A stretch of DNA of 64,000 nt, taken from assembly GCF_028641065.1 (NCBI RefSeq), contig NC_073378.1, positions 114,018,001 to 114,082,000 on the forward strand. Reading direction: 5' to 3'. The position numbers and the translations under genes are program-made. The number at the start of each line of letters is the position of its first letter. The stretch's first letter is position 1. The stretch is from Leucoraja erinacea (lineage: Eukaryota). This document shows, in pieces, positions 1-13,280 of the stretch. The notes beneath the pieces were generated by a model. That model searched no databases. It was given only the letters and a program-made list of their open reading frames with translations, and was not told where the DNA came from.

Positions 1-2386
1 GGTGGGGGGGGAGAAACGGGCGGGGGGGGGAGACACGCGGGGGGGGGGGAGACACGGGCGGGGGGGGGGGGAGACACGGGCGGGGGGGACACGGGCGGGG
101 GAGGGCACGGGCGGGGGAGAGACACGGGCGGGGAGGCACAGGCGGGGGAGACACGAGCGGGGGGGGAGGCTCGGGCGGGGGAGACACGGGCGGGGGAGGC
201 ACGGGCGGGGGAGACACGGGCGGGGAGGCACGGGCGGGGGGGGAGGCACGGGCGGGGGAGACACGGGCGGGGAGGGCACGGGGGGGGAGGCACGGGCGGG
301 GGAGACACGGGCGGGGAGGCAGGGGGGGGGACGGGCGGGGGAGGCACGGGCGGGGGGGGAGGACACGGGCGGGGGGGACACGGGCGGGGGAGGCACGGGC
401 GGGGGAGGCACGGGCGGGGGGGACACGGGCGGGGGAGGCACGGGCGGGGGAGAGACACGGGGGGGGGGAGGGCTCGGGCGGGGGGAGACACGGGCGGGGG
501 AGGCACGGGCGGGGGAGACACGGGCGGGGGGAGGCACGGGCGGGGGGAGGCACGGGCGGGGGGAGGCACGGGCGGGGGGAGGCACGGGCGGGGGGGGGGG
601 ACACGGGCGGGGGGGGGGCGGGGGGGCACGGGCGGGGGGGGACACGGGCGGGGGGAGGCACGGGCGGGGGGAGGCACGGGCGGGGGGGAGACACGGGCGG
701 GGGGGAGAAACCGGCGGGGGGAGACACGGGCGGGGGGGGAGAAACCGGCGGGGGGGGGGAGACACGGGCGGGGGGGGGGGGGGGGGGAGGCACGGGCGGG
801 GGGGAGAGACACGGGCGGGGGGAGGCACGGGCGGGGGAGACACGAGCGGGGGAGGACACGGGCGGGGGGGGAGGCACGGGCGGGGGAGGCACGGGCGGGG
901 GAGGACACGGGCGGGGGGGAGACGGGCGGGGGGGGGAGGCGGGGGGAGGCGGGCGGGGGGAGACACGAGGGGGGGGAGAGGGCGGGGGGGACACGGGCGG
1001 GAGACACGGGCGGGGGGAGGCACGGCGGGGGGGCACGGGGGCGGGGGGAGGCACGGGCGGGGGAGGCACGGGCGGGGGAGGCACGGGCGGGGGGAGACAG
1101 TGGCGGGGGGGGAGACACGAGAGCGGGGAGACACGGGCGGGGGAGACACGGGCGGGGGAGGCACGGGCGGGGGGAGGCACGGGCGGGGGAGAGACACGAG
1201 CGGGGGGGGGGAGACACGAGCGGGGGGGGGGGAGACACGGGGGGGGGAGGCACGGGCGGGGGAGACACGGGCGGGGAGGCACAGGCGGGGGAGGCACGGG
1301 CGGGGGGGGGGGGGGGGAGGCACGGGCGGGGGAGGCAGGGCACGGGCGGGGGAGGGGAGGCACGGGCGGGGGAGGCACGGGCGGGGGGAGGCACGGGGGG
1401 GGGGGCACGGGCGGGGGAGGCACGGGCGGGGGAGGCAGGCACGGGCGGGGGAGGCACGGGCGGGGGGAGGACACGGGCGGGGGAGACACGGGCGGGGAGG
1501 CACAGGGCGGGGGAGGCACGGGCGGGCGGGGGGGGCACGGGCGGGGGGAGGCACGGGCGGGGGAGGCACGGGCGGGGGGAGGCACGGGCGGGGGAGGGAG
1601 CTACGGGCGGGGGGAGGCACGGGGGGGGGGCAGGGGCGGGGGGGGGAGGGGGACGGGCGGGGGGGAGGCACGGGCGGGGGAGGCACGGGCGGGGGAGGCA
1701 CGGGCGGGGGGAGCAGGCACGGGCGGGGGGGCACGGGCGGGGGGGGCACGGGCGGGGGGGAGGCACGGGCGGGGGGGAGGCACGGGCGGGGGAGGGCACG
1801 GGCGGGGGAGGCACGGGCGGGGGAGGCACGGGGGGGGAGGCACGGGCGGGGGGGAGGCACGGGCGGGGGGGGGCACGGGCGGGGGAGGCACGGGCGGGGG
1901 GGGGGGGCACGGGCGGGGGGGAGGCACGGGCGGGGGGGGGCACGGGCGGGGGGGAGACACGGGCGGGGGGGGAGGCACGGGCGGGGGGAGGCACGGGCGG
2001 GGGGAGACACGGGCGGGGGAGGCACGGGCGGGGAGGCACGGGCGGGGGAGACACGAGCGGGGGGGGGGGACACACGGGGGGGGGAGACACGGGCGGGCGG
2101 GGGAGGCACGGGGGCATGGGGGGGGAGGCACGGGCGGGGGGGGGGGGGGGGACACGGGCGGGGGGGACACGGGCGGGGGGGGAGGACAGTGGCGGGGGGA
2201 GACACACGGCGGGGGGAGACACGGGCGGGGGGAGACACGGGCGGGGGGAGACACGGGCGGGGGGGAGGCACGGGCGGGGGGAGGCACGGGGGGAGGGGGG
2301 GGGGGGCACGGGCGGGGGGAGGCACGGGCGGGGAGGGGGCGTGGGGCACGGGCGGGGGGAGGCACGGGCGGGGGGAGGCACGGGCA
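1..2386 (+). repeat. G-rich minisatellite, unit about GGGG(G)nAG(G/A)CACGGGC (~15-17 nt); runs off the left window edge
   Basis: Well over 100 tandem CACGGGCGGGG cores with variable G-run lengths, almost no T on the + strand, and an abrupt end at ...cgggcagaga. Confidence 0.97.
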
Positions 2387-2745
2387 GAGAGAACTTCTTT
2401 TAAGCTCAACGGACACAAAGGTGGAGTTCAGAATTGAAAATAAAATAATCACTGGATTAATCCGACAATCTAAGATAAACTGCCAGATGAGCATGTGTAT
2501 GATCATTTCAAGAATGTCTCAATTTAGAACCATTTGCATTCTCAAACCCTGTAAAGGGTTAACAATCAATTTGTGGTATTAATTGCATAAGCTGAAGTCA
2601 TCCAGCTCCTCTGGAAATGTTTTGATGCCCTGCAGCAAATAGTTCTGGCTGCTCTAACCAGTGTCTCTGTATACACATAGAACCGATTTCCCAGCATTTC
2701 ACATTATATAACACATGAGGGAATGACTCAGCTTCAAGTTCTAAC

Positions 2746-2881
2746 CTGGTTTTTGTATTGAGATTGATTGAGGCTATGGAACTGGCAGACTCATCAGATA
2801 CCGTGCGCTGCAATAGAGGTGATTGTTCATTGGTCTCCATTTCTGTAAGGATGTCCTCCTCCAGTGAGTCATCTTTAGTTT
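2746..2881 (-). CDS. KMT2C: KMT2C (MLL3) third coding exon, 136 bp: (E)TKDDSLEEDILTEMETNEQSPLLQRTVSDESASSIASINLNTKT(R/S)
   Basis: Acceptor tactttctttaacAG, donor CAG|GTTAGA, phase 1 in and phase 2 out. The peptide aligns with human KMT2C EIKEQSAEED...PTLQRSVSEESANSLVSVGVEAKIS (recalled sequence). Confidence 0.93.
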
Positions 2882-3744
2882 CTGTTAAAGAAAGTAAGCA
2901 AAGTTTTCATAACCTTCAATGTAAAACTCAAATTATTTCCTATACTGCCAACTATACATTAATTTAATAATAATCATCAATTTTTTAGTTGTACACCTTG
3001 TGTAAAATATATTGCCGCTACTGGAAAGATGTATTAAATGCATCTTAACATGTAATTCCTGTAAATGTGGGTTACAAGATTTTCTGTTTAGATAGACCAC
3101 ATAAACACGTGGAAAGGAATGGAAATCAAAGATAATAGCAGATCTGTGTCATGAATTGAAATCAATCTATCAATAAATCTGGACCAAATGAATCATTTTA
3201 AACTTGCCAACCTGACTTAAAAGTGCGAACCTGACTCTGCAGAGGATAAGAACCAGAAGCTGCCCGAGGTTGAATAGTATGGACCAAGCCCTTAAGGATT
3301 TTGTTCCATAAGGACACTATTTTTACATTTGGATGATAGGAAGCAATGTAAAATGAAATGATGGATGTTTTCCTTTTTCTTCCCCACAGTTATTCCGTAA
3401 GTATTCGAGCACTGATTTTTTCAACAAAATATATATTGGGCTGTGCACTGTGCACAATAAAATAATTTTTCAGTGCCTTCGGATAAAAAAAGTCTTCCTT
3501 TTGTAGGATATTTTTTCAGTTGTACCAAACAAAATTCAAGCTTTTGGAGATGAGCTGTGTCATACTGATCTATGAATGGCCTTATTTGAACTGTTTAATT
3601 TGTCATTTCTAAGTATCACCTCTAATAAGCAAAATCCTCAACTTCATCCTCCCGAGATGGCTCTGTTCACGTCTCACTACTCATCATGAGAAATGAACTG
3701 GAGTATATCTATTTCAAAATTGTGAGGAAACACCTTGTAATCAT

Positions 3745-4020
3745 TGTAAAAATAAGGAACTGCAGATGCTGGTAGGATTCTTAATCCTTTTGTCCCACAC
3801 CTTGTTTTTTCATCTCTGGCCTTTGTCCAATCTTCAGCCTATCAACCCCTTCCTTCACCCCTCACCTGTGCTCACCTATTACCTGCCATGTTTTGTCCTG
3901 CCCCTTTTCTCTTCCAGCTTTCCCTCCCTCCCTCCACTGCATCCATGTTCTCCGGAGATGCTGCCTGACCTGCTTAGTTACTCCAACACTTTGCCTCTTT
4001 CCTTGGAATTATCTACAGTT
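3745..4020 (+). mobile_element. Penelope-like terminal repeat fragment
   Basis: Pyrimidine-rich tract followed by ccatgttctccggagatgctgcctgacctgcttagttactccaacactttg, the family tail also seen at 12.2, 13.2, 19.3 and 48.1 kb; the ribozyme core is deleted in this copy. Confidence 0.55.
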
Positions 4021-4586
4021 TTCCCAAATTCGGTGCTTCCTGGGGTTGAAGGGAGGGTGGGGAAGAGAATATTTGGTAAGTCGTGAAGAAGCCAGAACTC
4101 AAAAATAAATCTGCTTTCCCTAATGGGCTGACCATTGTATCTTTTGAGTATTATACTACTGTGCTGTGCAACAGGTTGCCACATCATGCATCCATGCTGA
4201 TAACCATGATGTAACTCTCATTGAAAGTATCAACGGAAGCTATAGCACTCTTACCAGTTAAGTCATAGATTGTTTAAAAAAAATGATTAATATTACCACT
4301 TATACATTGTAATTCCACTGGAGCCGTGTTAATCCTCTGATGTGCTCTGATGCAATCTAGAGCATTTATGAGACTAATGATTATATTTCCAGTTTTGGCT
4401 TAGAAAACATAATTCAGGCTGCAAAAAGAGAAGGCCTTTGTATAACAGTCCAACCTGAGAATTGTCATATTCGGTGCACATTCAATGACAGAAGAGTGAT
4501 ATATTTGTTTATGCAATGCCATATACGACTGGTCCGGACTTCAAGATGGCAGCCAAAAGCTTTAGGGTAAACAAATAAATAAATTG

Positions 4587-4776
4587 AAGAAAGACGCAAA
4601 ATGCTGGAGTAACGCAGCGGGTCAGGCGGAATCCCTGAAGAGCGTGGATTGGTGACGTTTCAGGTCAGAACCCTTCTCCATATGCTCCAGGGATGCTGCC
4701 TGACGTGCTGAGTTACTCCAACATTTTGTGTCTTTCTTTCTTGGTAACCCAGCACCCACAGTTCCTTATTTTTACA
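4587..4776. mobile_element. Head-to-head palindromic Penelope-like mini-element with a partial hammerhead core on the minus strand
   Basis: Inverted arms caaaatgctggagtaacgcagcgggtcaggc and gcctgacgtgctgagttactccaacattttg; the minus strand reads ...agaagggttctgacctGAAACGTCacc. Confidence 0.65.
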
Positions 4777-6335
4777 ACTAAATAAATTGTATCAATTGAC
4801 CTAATTTTCTGCAGGGATTGTTCTCAATCTACAATGCAGCAATGTGAATTAAATCCTTGCAGAAACAGGACACAAGCGATCACACTTTGGGCTGGACGTT
4901 CCACTTTGGTCACCCTAATATTCTGTCTGTTAACCAGAAATTACAAAAATAAATAATAATATCACTGTATAAAAACAAACATTCGTATCCATAGTTTTCT
5001 TCCATATAGTTCATTTGCTATTCCTTCATATTTAATCTACTACGGACTGTACTCTATGTTTCATTATAAATATATATGTATTTCCTTGAGAGAATGAAAG
5101 CCGTATTTAAAATACTCAATTGCTAAACCCAGTCACTAGTGGAAGTAGAGAACAAAGAACAATATATAAATTTGAATGAAATAATTTTAAATAAATGCAT
5201 TGTGAGTGGCATTTATTTTCCTTTTGTAATGATAAACCTGGAGGACATTTTATGTAATCAAGTATCCTTTGGTTGCTAAAGAGTAATTCAACCAAATTGC
5301 ATATATCCAAGGGTGTCATACTTTTCAGAACCTCAGAAATCTTTGTGGGACACACTACATTGCTTAACAAATGTTAACTGAAGTAGTTGAGGCAGATTAA
5401 ATATCAGTCAAATACAGCCAAAGATCCAATTTTCACCTGCTCTTAATCTAGTGCCTTCCAGAGACCTTCAAGATAATATGGTACATTTTGTAAACAGGGA
5501 GAAACAAAAATTCACTAACATAATTCTATCCGAGACAGTTTTCAATCATTCTAAACACAAGTTAATTGATATGCATAATCGACCCAATTCATCCGCCTTC
5601 TTCCTGCACCCTTCAAGCCCTCATTATTAGACAGAGATCTCAAGACCATTTTGTTTTATTTGTTTACAAGTGGTCGTACTAACATACATTCCATCACAAT
5701 GTGGCTGCCAAGGTTATTTCAGAGGGCAATACCCCAAGCCAATTGGTAGGTCAAAATTGCCTACGATGAAAGATTTCCATCCCAGAAAGAGCCATTAGTG
5801 AACCAAGTAGATTTGATTACTCTAATTAAAATCCCCAAGTTACTGCAATGACATCTAATCTTGCCTATCAGGTCTCTAATCAACGTGCCTTCAAGTCCCG
5901 GGATCCTTATTATTTAATACTTTCTGTAAAGGATGCACTATTTCGCTAACATAATTTTTCCTCAAATCCTTTCCTTTTAGAAGACTGAGGTAAGATAGCG
6001 TTTGAACCCTATTCCATATAGGCAATATGACTGTTATATAGATCAGTACAGTACAGGACAGACCCTTCGACGCACGATATTGGTTTTCACAATATTTGCA
6101 TCAGTGCTCTCCAACTATCTTTGAACATAACCAAGGTTTTCACAAACAGATTCTCCAAAGGCCCTTCAGTTATTATATACAAATGTTGCACTGTCACTAT
6201 TAAACCGTAAAATTAAAAGCCCAAATAAGTATTTTTCTGCTTTTGCCAGCCAAAAAAGTTATGAGAAATGAAACCAGAAAATAAAACAATAGATGAAACA
6301 AAAACTACGACTTATACATATATCACCTATCATTA

Positions 6336-6630
6336 AGTGCCTGTCCCACTGTACGAGATAATTCAAGAGTTCTCTTGAGCTCTCCCGATTCGAGTTTGTG
6401 TAATGTAAGTAGCGGGTACGTCGGAGCTCGTGGATGTCATGTAGCGGCTCACAACGCTAACAGCAGGTACTCGTGAAACGCGGTAAGCTCGTGAAGTTTT
6501 TCAACAGTGCAGAGAGTGTCCACGAGAGTCCCCGAGTACCTACGAACGGCTATTACCATAATTATCAGAGCTTGAATCAGGGGAAACTCGGGAGAACTCT
6601 TGAATTACCTCGTACAGTGGGATAGGGTCT
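6336..6630. mobile_element. PIF/Harbinger-type MITE
   Basis: TIRs agtgcctgtcccactgtacgagataattcaagagttctc and gagaactcttgaattacctcgtacagtgggatagggtct, with TTA on both sides. Confidence 0.8.
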
Positions 6631-7247
6631 TTACAATTGCTCCACGATATATAAAGGGTTTTGAATAACTGAATTAATTGTAAATGATCAATCATTGAGT
6701 GTTCAAAATGGTATAGAAAAGTGTTTTAGCAATATGTAATTAAAATTTGAACTACATAACGTTAATCAGGCATAGAAATTCAATTCTGCAGGAGCCTCCA
6801 TAACTAACCAGATGTATGTTTAAGACACCAGAGACTAAAAATGATTAGAGTACTTCAATTTTACTGAAGGGTTTGCAGGGAAGTTTTAAAATATCAATTT
6901 GGCTCAAGTTAATATTTATTGCGGGGAATATTCACACTTCATTCATGGCACTACGGTTACAATAAACGCCTGATGTAACCAAAATGTTTTGCGATTTAAT
7001 TCCCAATTTTCTTATCTGTACCTTAATCTTTGCTACGGAAAGCACCGATGCAGAGACAAATAATCAAGCAATTATCAGAATAACCTGCTATCCAAGAATG
7101 CGAAGAGTCATAGTCAAATTAAAACTAAATCCTGTGAAAATGTAAAACTTTCAACTATATCAGATGAATTTTGCAGCTAGCACTTTACACAGCAGAAACA
7201 AATACTCAAGAGACTGCAGGTAAGACCGTACAACTGTCTGCCTGTAA

Positions 7248-7470
7248 AGGGCCTGCCCCACTTGGCGATTTTGCTTGCGTCATCAGTGTTGCCAAAAGAT
7301 TTTGAACATTTCAAAATCCAGCGGCAACAAAAAAATGTTGCGACACTTGAAAATACAACGCTCGTCATACGTCATCACGCCGCATCATGCTGCGTATTTT
7401 TTGGAGACCTGATACATCATTCAATGATGCTGGCAGACGCCGAAAAAAATCGCCAAGTGGCACAGGCCAT
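7248..7470. mobile_element. PIF/Harbinger-type MITE
   Basis: TIRs agggcctgccccacttggcgatttt and aaaatcgccaagtggcacaggccat, TAA target duplication. Confidence 0.82.
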
Positions 7471-7949
7471 TAACTCATTAATAGTTTGATGTCATTTCCC
7501 AATGGAGTTCAGACCTCTGTTGCACTCCATGCTCTGCAATGCACTTGCATTTGTTGTTCTGTACTGAACTTGGGTCAGTAAAGGGTGAAAACTCCACACC
7601 AATGGACTGGTTGAGAGATTAAGTTTCCAATGGGAAGCGACCAGCAAGATACCCAATTTGTTGGTGGGTGGAAGGTCAGCAGTTTAGTCATCCTCAAGGG
7701 GCTTGACTGATCCAGCAAGTATTTTGGCACTTTATGCTGGACACATACAGGAAGGGTTTGGCGGGGTACAGACCAACGGCAGGCAAGTGGCAATAGCTTG
7801 GTTAGGCAACTTGGTTAGCATGTATGAGCTGGGCCAAAGGGCCTGTAGCTGCGTTCTATAGCTCTGAGTTTAGAAATATTACAGCGAGATGCTTATCATT
7901 TTATGAGCAAGGTGAACATATTTTCAGAAGAGCAAATCAAAAGGTAAAG

Positions 7950-8640
7950 GATGCCATCTTTACTAGCAACCTCTTCCTACACTATTCTGAGGTTCCCACC
8001 TGTTTAAAGAAGACCATTATAATCCCGGTGCCAAAGAAAAGTAAGGCATTATGCTATAATAACTATCATGCCCTTACATGCACCATTATGGAATGCTTTG
8101 AGGTGCTTGTCATGACTCACATTAGCTCCAGTCTCCCAGAAAGCCTTAAGGGTTTGTCCCACTTGGCGATTTTTTCGGCGACTGCCTGTGTGGCGACAAA
8201 AAAATATTGCGACACGGCGTGTCAATGCGTCGTCACGCCGCGACTTTTTCGGTGACCTGATACATCAGTCAATGATTCCGGCAGTCGCCGAAAAAAATCG
8301 CCAAGTGGGACAGGCCCTTTACTCCACAGCAATTTGCCTACCGTTGCAACAGACCCACTGCAGATACCATCTTCCTTTACTTATCATTGTTATCAGACTA
8401 TTCAACAGACCTCTCATAAACTACAAATATATTCCTGATCTCCTAATCTACCTCATTGCGACTTGCACTTTTTAAAATATGCATTTTTTCTTTAGCGGCA
8501 ACAATGTTTCCTTTCTATCGTTACAATATCTGTTGTATTCATGTATGGGTTAATTTTACCCATGTATGATATGATTTGCCAGGAGAGCACGAATGCAGAT
8601 ATTTTCACTGCATCACAGTACACGTGACAATAATAAACCA
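7950..8640 (+). mobile_element. Degenerate Rex1/Babar-type LINE fragment (RT N-terminal part plus 3' UTR), interrupted by a MITE
   Basis: EVPTCLKKTIIIPVPKKSK...LTCTIMECFE...SSSLPESL followed by QQFAY after the MITE; 3' tail gtacacgtgacaataataaacc. Confidence 0.75.
8149..8318. mobile_element. PIF/Harbinger-type MITE, same subfamily as 7248-7470
   Basis: TIRs agggtttgtcccacttggcgattttttcggcgactgcc and ggcagtcgccgaaaaaaatcgccaagtgggacaggccct, TTA duplication. Confidence 0.88.
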
Positions 8641-11600
8641 ATTTGCCCTCTAATGCTTTATAATCTGCTAAGATCGTAAAACTAAAACAATTCTTACAAT
8701 TGTTTCAATGATTCAGAATTAATTTCAATTCAGGCTGTTACCCCCTGGCAAGTTTAAGAGCAGAGCTGCAGCCTCTGGAAATAAGATCACAATAACTTGG
8801 CAGATTCCAAGCTTTTTTGATAGGCATTCATGTCATACAATTTTCAAATCGTGACTTCAGGTGGACAAAGATAGGAACATGGATGTGAAGTTTAGGAGAA
8901 ACAGTATGGAGAAAAATTAATATTTAATCTTTACTATTCTGAGGTACATATAATAGCATAAGACTGAATGGAGATATACTCACACATGTCGATATGATAG
9001 TTAAGAAAGTATATGAATTATAGACAATAGACAATAGGTGCAGGAGTAGGCCATTCGGCCCTTCGAGCCATTCAATGTGATCATAACTTGTGTTTCACAA
9101 GTTAATATATTATGCACACCGAATCAAGTAGCTACAGTTGATAAGAATGCTTTGTTGTTTGAATGGATTTACAAGATGCTACCAGGGATGTGAACCTTCT
9201 GTTATATAGAAAAAATGGGGATGTTAGGATTGTTCCCCTGAGAACAGATACAAAGTGTCAACCAATATACCTCAAGGAATTTGATAAGGGGGGTGGGTGG
9301 GGGGAATTGCTTCCATTGGCTAGGGTCAATAACCAGTCAGCTGTACAGCACGGAAGCAGCCATTTGGTCCAGGGAAAACTCATCCATGCCAACCAAGTTG
9401 CCTAACTGAGCTGGTAACACTTACCTGCACCTGGCCCATATCCCTCCAAACTTCTCTGATCCATTAACCTATCCAAGTATTTTAAATGTTGTAATTGCAC
9501 CTATATCACTGGCAGCTCATATACACACTGCTCTGTGGAAAAAAAACTGCCCTTAGATCTCCTTTACAAAAAAAGTTGCCCTCTCACCTTATTCCCTGGT
9601 GGATGTTCTAGCTGGAGACTTAGCTACTCCAGGGAAAAGACTGATGCGCTATTCACCCTGAGATCTATATCTCTCGTGAATTGTATGATCCCCAAAGCTA
9701 CCTATCGCCTCGTCCAGTCCAATTGTATTAAAGACCTGGTCCAGCCAATTTTTCTCCTATTAGTCAAACTTTGAAAAGGTGGTTCACATCCTCATAAGTC
9801 TATTTGGCAATCCTTTCTAATTACTAAAGAGGCCGAATGTTTACATAATATTTACAAAAAAGTTTTACCTCCAGGACTGGGGGACAGCTTAAGAGCTGGA
9901 GGGTAGCTATTTAATGGAACTGATGCGCTACGTTTTTGACAATTAGATTCTGCACTCTGTAACTCTCTTCCACACTGGGTCTACCAGTATCGTACTTCAT
10001 ATTTGAGAGGGAGTGTATTAATGTATTGTGGCTATCCGATCTGTTATGGATAGAAGGCAGGTACGGGAAACTGAGGTTTTCACTGCACCTCTGTACACGT
10101 TGAATGGCGGTAATAGGCTCGAATTACTAAATGGCCTAGTGAGCACCTAATTTCTATGGAACTATGTTACAGGATAATTGAAACATACTTAGCAGTCTTA
10201 TGGGTTCAAAGCAAAGATAAGTTCATGCTGAGACTAAGTTTAACAGCTGTCACACAGCCTACATCTACACATAGACATAAATTATATACCATTCTGTTTA
10301 CTCACACACTCCAACAGGAAAATAGTTATCTTAATAAACACATAACACAATGAAAACATTTCTACCATCCCAAAGATATTAATTATAATTCTAAATATCT
10401 CATCAGGTCTGACATCAGAAATCAAGAATCTGGGACATAAAACAACCGTTCCCAAACTAGAGATCAGCCAGAAAATAATTATATCAATGTAATTGAATCT
10501 TTTAAGTAACAATTCTACTTTAACAAGATACCTGGATATGTTGATAATGTAAAACTAGTCAAATCTAGAAAACCAGACAAAACACAATGGACAAAATGTA
10601 CCTACACATTTTAAGGACTTAACGTTTAAGGACTTATCATGTGGATTTAGTCCCAGACCACATAAAGTCACCCACTCTGTTCAATCAATGCTCCTCTTGA
10701 AGATACTATTATTGCTCTTTTAAAAAACACTCCAAAAGCAATATACTATTTCTATCAATTGCAGCTAGTGCTTAATGATGATATAATAAGATACTGTTAC
10801 TCAGGTGAATAGATTCATATTCTGAACTGCTGAGATCAAGTATGTCAAAAAGGCATTCATCTAATCTTCTAATAGAAGACATTTTTTTAATGACTACCAC
10901 TCTGGGTTCTGCAGAGAAATGCTGAAAATCAATACGCTACACTGGCACAGAGATTATGCAGCATTTTGGAATCACTTCAACAGTGTGCCAACAGTGAAGC
11001 ACCCAAAAATTATGCAGTAAAGTTTACTATTGAGGCAGTGTAGGTTTCTTTCTCATTAAATTATAGATATCAGATGTGGATAATATATTTGATCCAAGCC
11101 TTGTCTATCATATACTATAGAAAATATTGCTTTTTTTGAGAAATAAATGAACACAGTTTTGTATGTGGAGGTATTACGTGAAATATTAATGGAAGATTAG
11201 CTTTTTAGTAGAACTTGGCTCATAGCCAATTTTAAAATGAAGTAAAATATTACCATGGTTATAAATCCATGATCATGTTGATATATTTTCCACAAACTTG
11301 CACATTTTAAAAATAGTTAAAAGATTAACGGGCATACTAATAGCTACATTTTATGTTTTGTTTTTCCAAAATCATTTCGTAACATGTAGCTCCTGGACTC
11401 CCAGCAGACTCGTATGCGCCCATCTCAAATGCTTCACGTCCTACATGCATTAATATTATAAATTAATCAGCTGCAACACCAATTTTGATGAAGTGTCCCA
11501 CATTGCAAATTATCCTGCAAGGAGGGGGAAACAATCATTTCAGCCCTCAATATTGCCAAAACAGTTTTGTACAACATTAGCATGGATCACAAGTGTAATA

Positions 11601-12074
11601 TTATTTTGCAGTGTCAATTTGGTTCTTATGGTGTGGGGCTGAATGGAAGAAGGGAGCACCTTCCCATGAAAATGTCAAGAAGGTAGCCTAAAATCAATAG
11701 CTTCCACTGCGCGTGTGTTTGGTTCAACGCTAGAAAGGTAGCATATTGTTGACTATTCTACACTGGATTTTTGTTCACCCTATCCATTGCAAAGATAATA
11801 GAAAATGTGCACCTTACTTTAGAAACAACTGAAGCAGGACTGCAAGGACAACATTGGAAATCCATCCGCAATGCATGGTGCCATATATGCATATATACGC
11901 TTTCTGAAACTTGGTTTCGTTGAACATCTGAAGGCTTAGCAATTCATACGTTTCACCTTTTCTTTCAAAATTATTTTTTCTTCATTTATTTTTTGAAAGA
12001 ATAAGTTAGGCATTTTAAGATAGGCACTTGGTTGGAAGAAAGGCCACAGATAAGAAAGAAAGGAAGAAAAAAGC

Positions 12075-12292
12075 CTTTGTCCATGCTAACTGATTACCAG
12101 CCAGGCCTCTACTGTTTCTCCCCGTTTACAGCTTCCTTTCCCCCCCTCTCTTCCCCACACATTCAGCCAAATTAGTGTGAAGAAGGCTCGACCCAACACG
12201 TCACCTGTCCATGTTCTCCAGAGATGCTGCCTGACCTGCTGAATTACTCCAGCACTCTGTGTATTTATCAGCATCTGCTGTTTTTTGTTTCT
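12075..12292 (+). mobile_element. Penelope-like terminal repeat fragment with a degenerate hammerhead core
   Basis: gtgtgaagaaggctcgacccaacacgtcacc followed by the family tail gagatgctgcctgacctgctgaattactccagcac. Confidence 0.6.
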
Positions 12293-13040
12293 CCATGTGT
12301 ATTCAAAATGGGTCATCTGTGTGACTTTGATTTCTAGGCCTCAGACATTGGTTGATTTTAAGATTCAGGTTTTATTTTGTCATGACATTAGTACCACTTC
12401 CATAACACATTTTACACGGTTTGTAGTTTCTTTGTTAACCTGCCATTTTCAAAGTATTGGAGACATTTATTTCCAAGTGATTTGAATAGATGATCCCGTG
12501 GAACCTGTTTATTATTTCTGCACAGCCACGGAAGTGCTGTTAGTTCTGCAAAGTTAATGGAATCTTTGAATCAGATTATCAGCATTGCATAGTGCTGAGG
12601 AATGGTGCAGACTGTGACAGACAAAAGAGGACTAAGTTGTTTCAGCTTATTGTGAACACTGTAGCAGCAAAACATAACTGGAAATGAACTAATACGAAAC
12701 CGTGAAATCAGCAACAATGCAATACTTATCCAAAACTTCAATTGAGATATCAGTAACTCAAAACTATTTAATAGTTGTGATTAAGTAATGCAGCGAGGTG
12801 GCAATTTAAAAAATATTGTTTTTTACAAATTTTATCCGATCACTTTACACTTGGGAAGGCATAAAATGTGCTGGTTAGTGACTAACTTGGCAGATAGCCT
12901 ATGAAAATTGGACTCCGTCCAGAAGAGTTATTCCACATATATAAAAAGGACACGTAGCACAAAAATCATTCCACCGATTTCTTGAAAACAAATGCCAATG
13001 CCAAGAACTACTAAAACCAAAAGAAACTCATTGGTATTGG

Positions 13041-13280
13041 AAGATAGGTACAAAATGCTGGGGTAACTCAGCGGATCAGGCAGCATCTCTGGAGAATTGA
13101 GTAGGTGACGTTTCAGGTCGGAACCATTCCCCGGACTTGAGAAAGTCTCTTCTGAGGAAGGGTTCCGACCCAAAACGTCACCTATTCCATTTTGTCACAG
13201 ATGCTGCCTGACCTGATGAGTTGCTCCAGCATTTTGTATCTATCTTCGGAAAAAACTAACATCTGCAGTTCCTTCCTACA
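13041..13280. mobile_element. Head-to-head palindromic Penelope-like mini-element with two hammerhead-like cores, one per strand
   Basis: Inverted arms of about 95 bp (13041-13135 and 13150-13246); + strand ctgaggaagggttccgacccaaaacgtcacc, minus strand ...ggttccgacctgaaacgtcacc. Confidence 0.75.

Noticed and set aside
2-2506. 811-aa and 301-aa Gly/Arg- and Pro-rich ORFs
   Set aside because: They are translations of the T-less minisatellite, which cannot contain stops on the + strand; there is no real ATG context and the region is intronic.
2598-2840. 80-aa ORF read as a standalone gene or terminal exon
   Set aside because: Only 2746-2881 matches KMT2C; similarity stops at the GT donor at 2745 and the rest is intron read-through.
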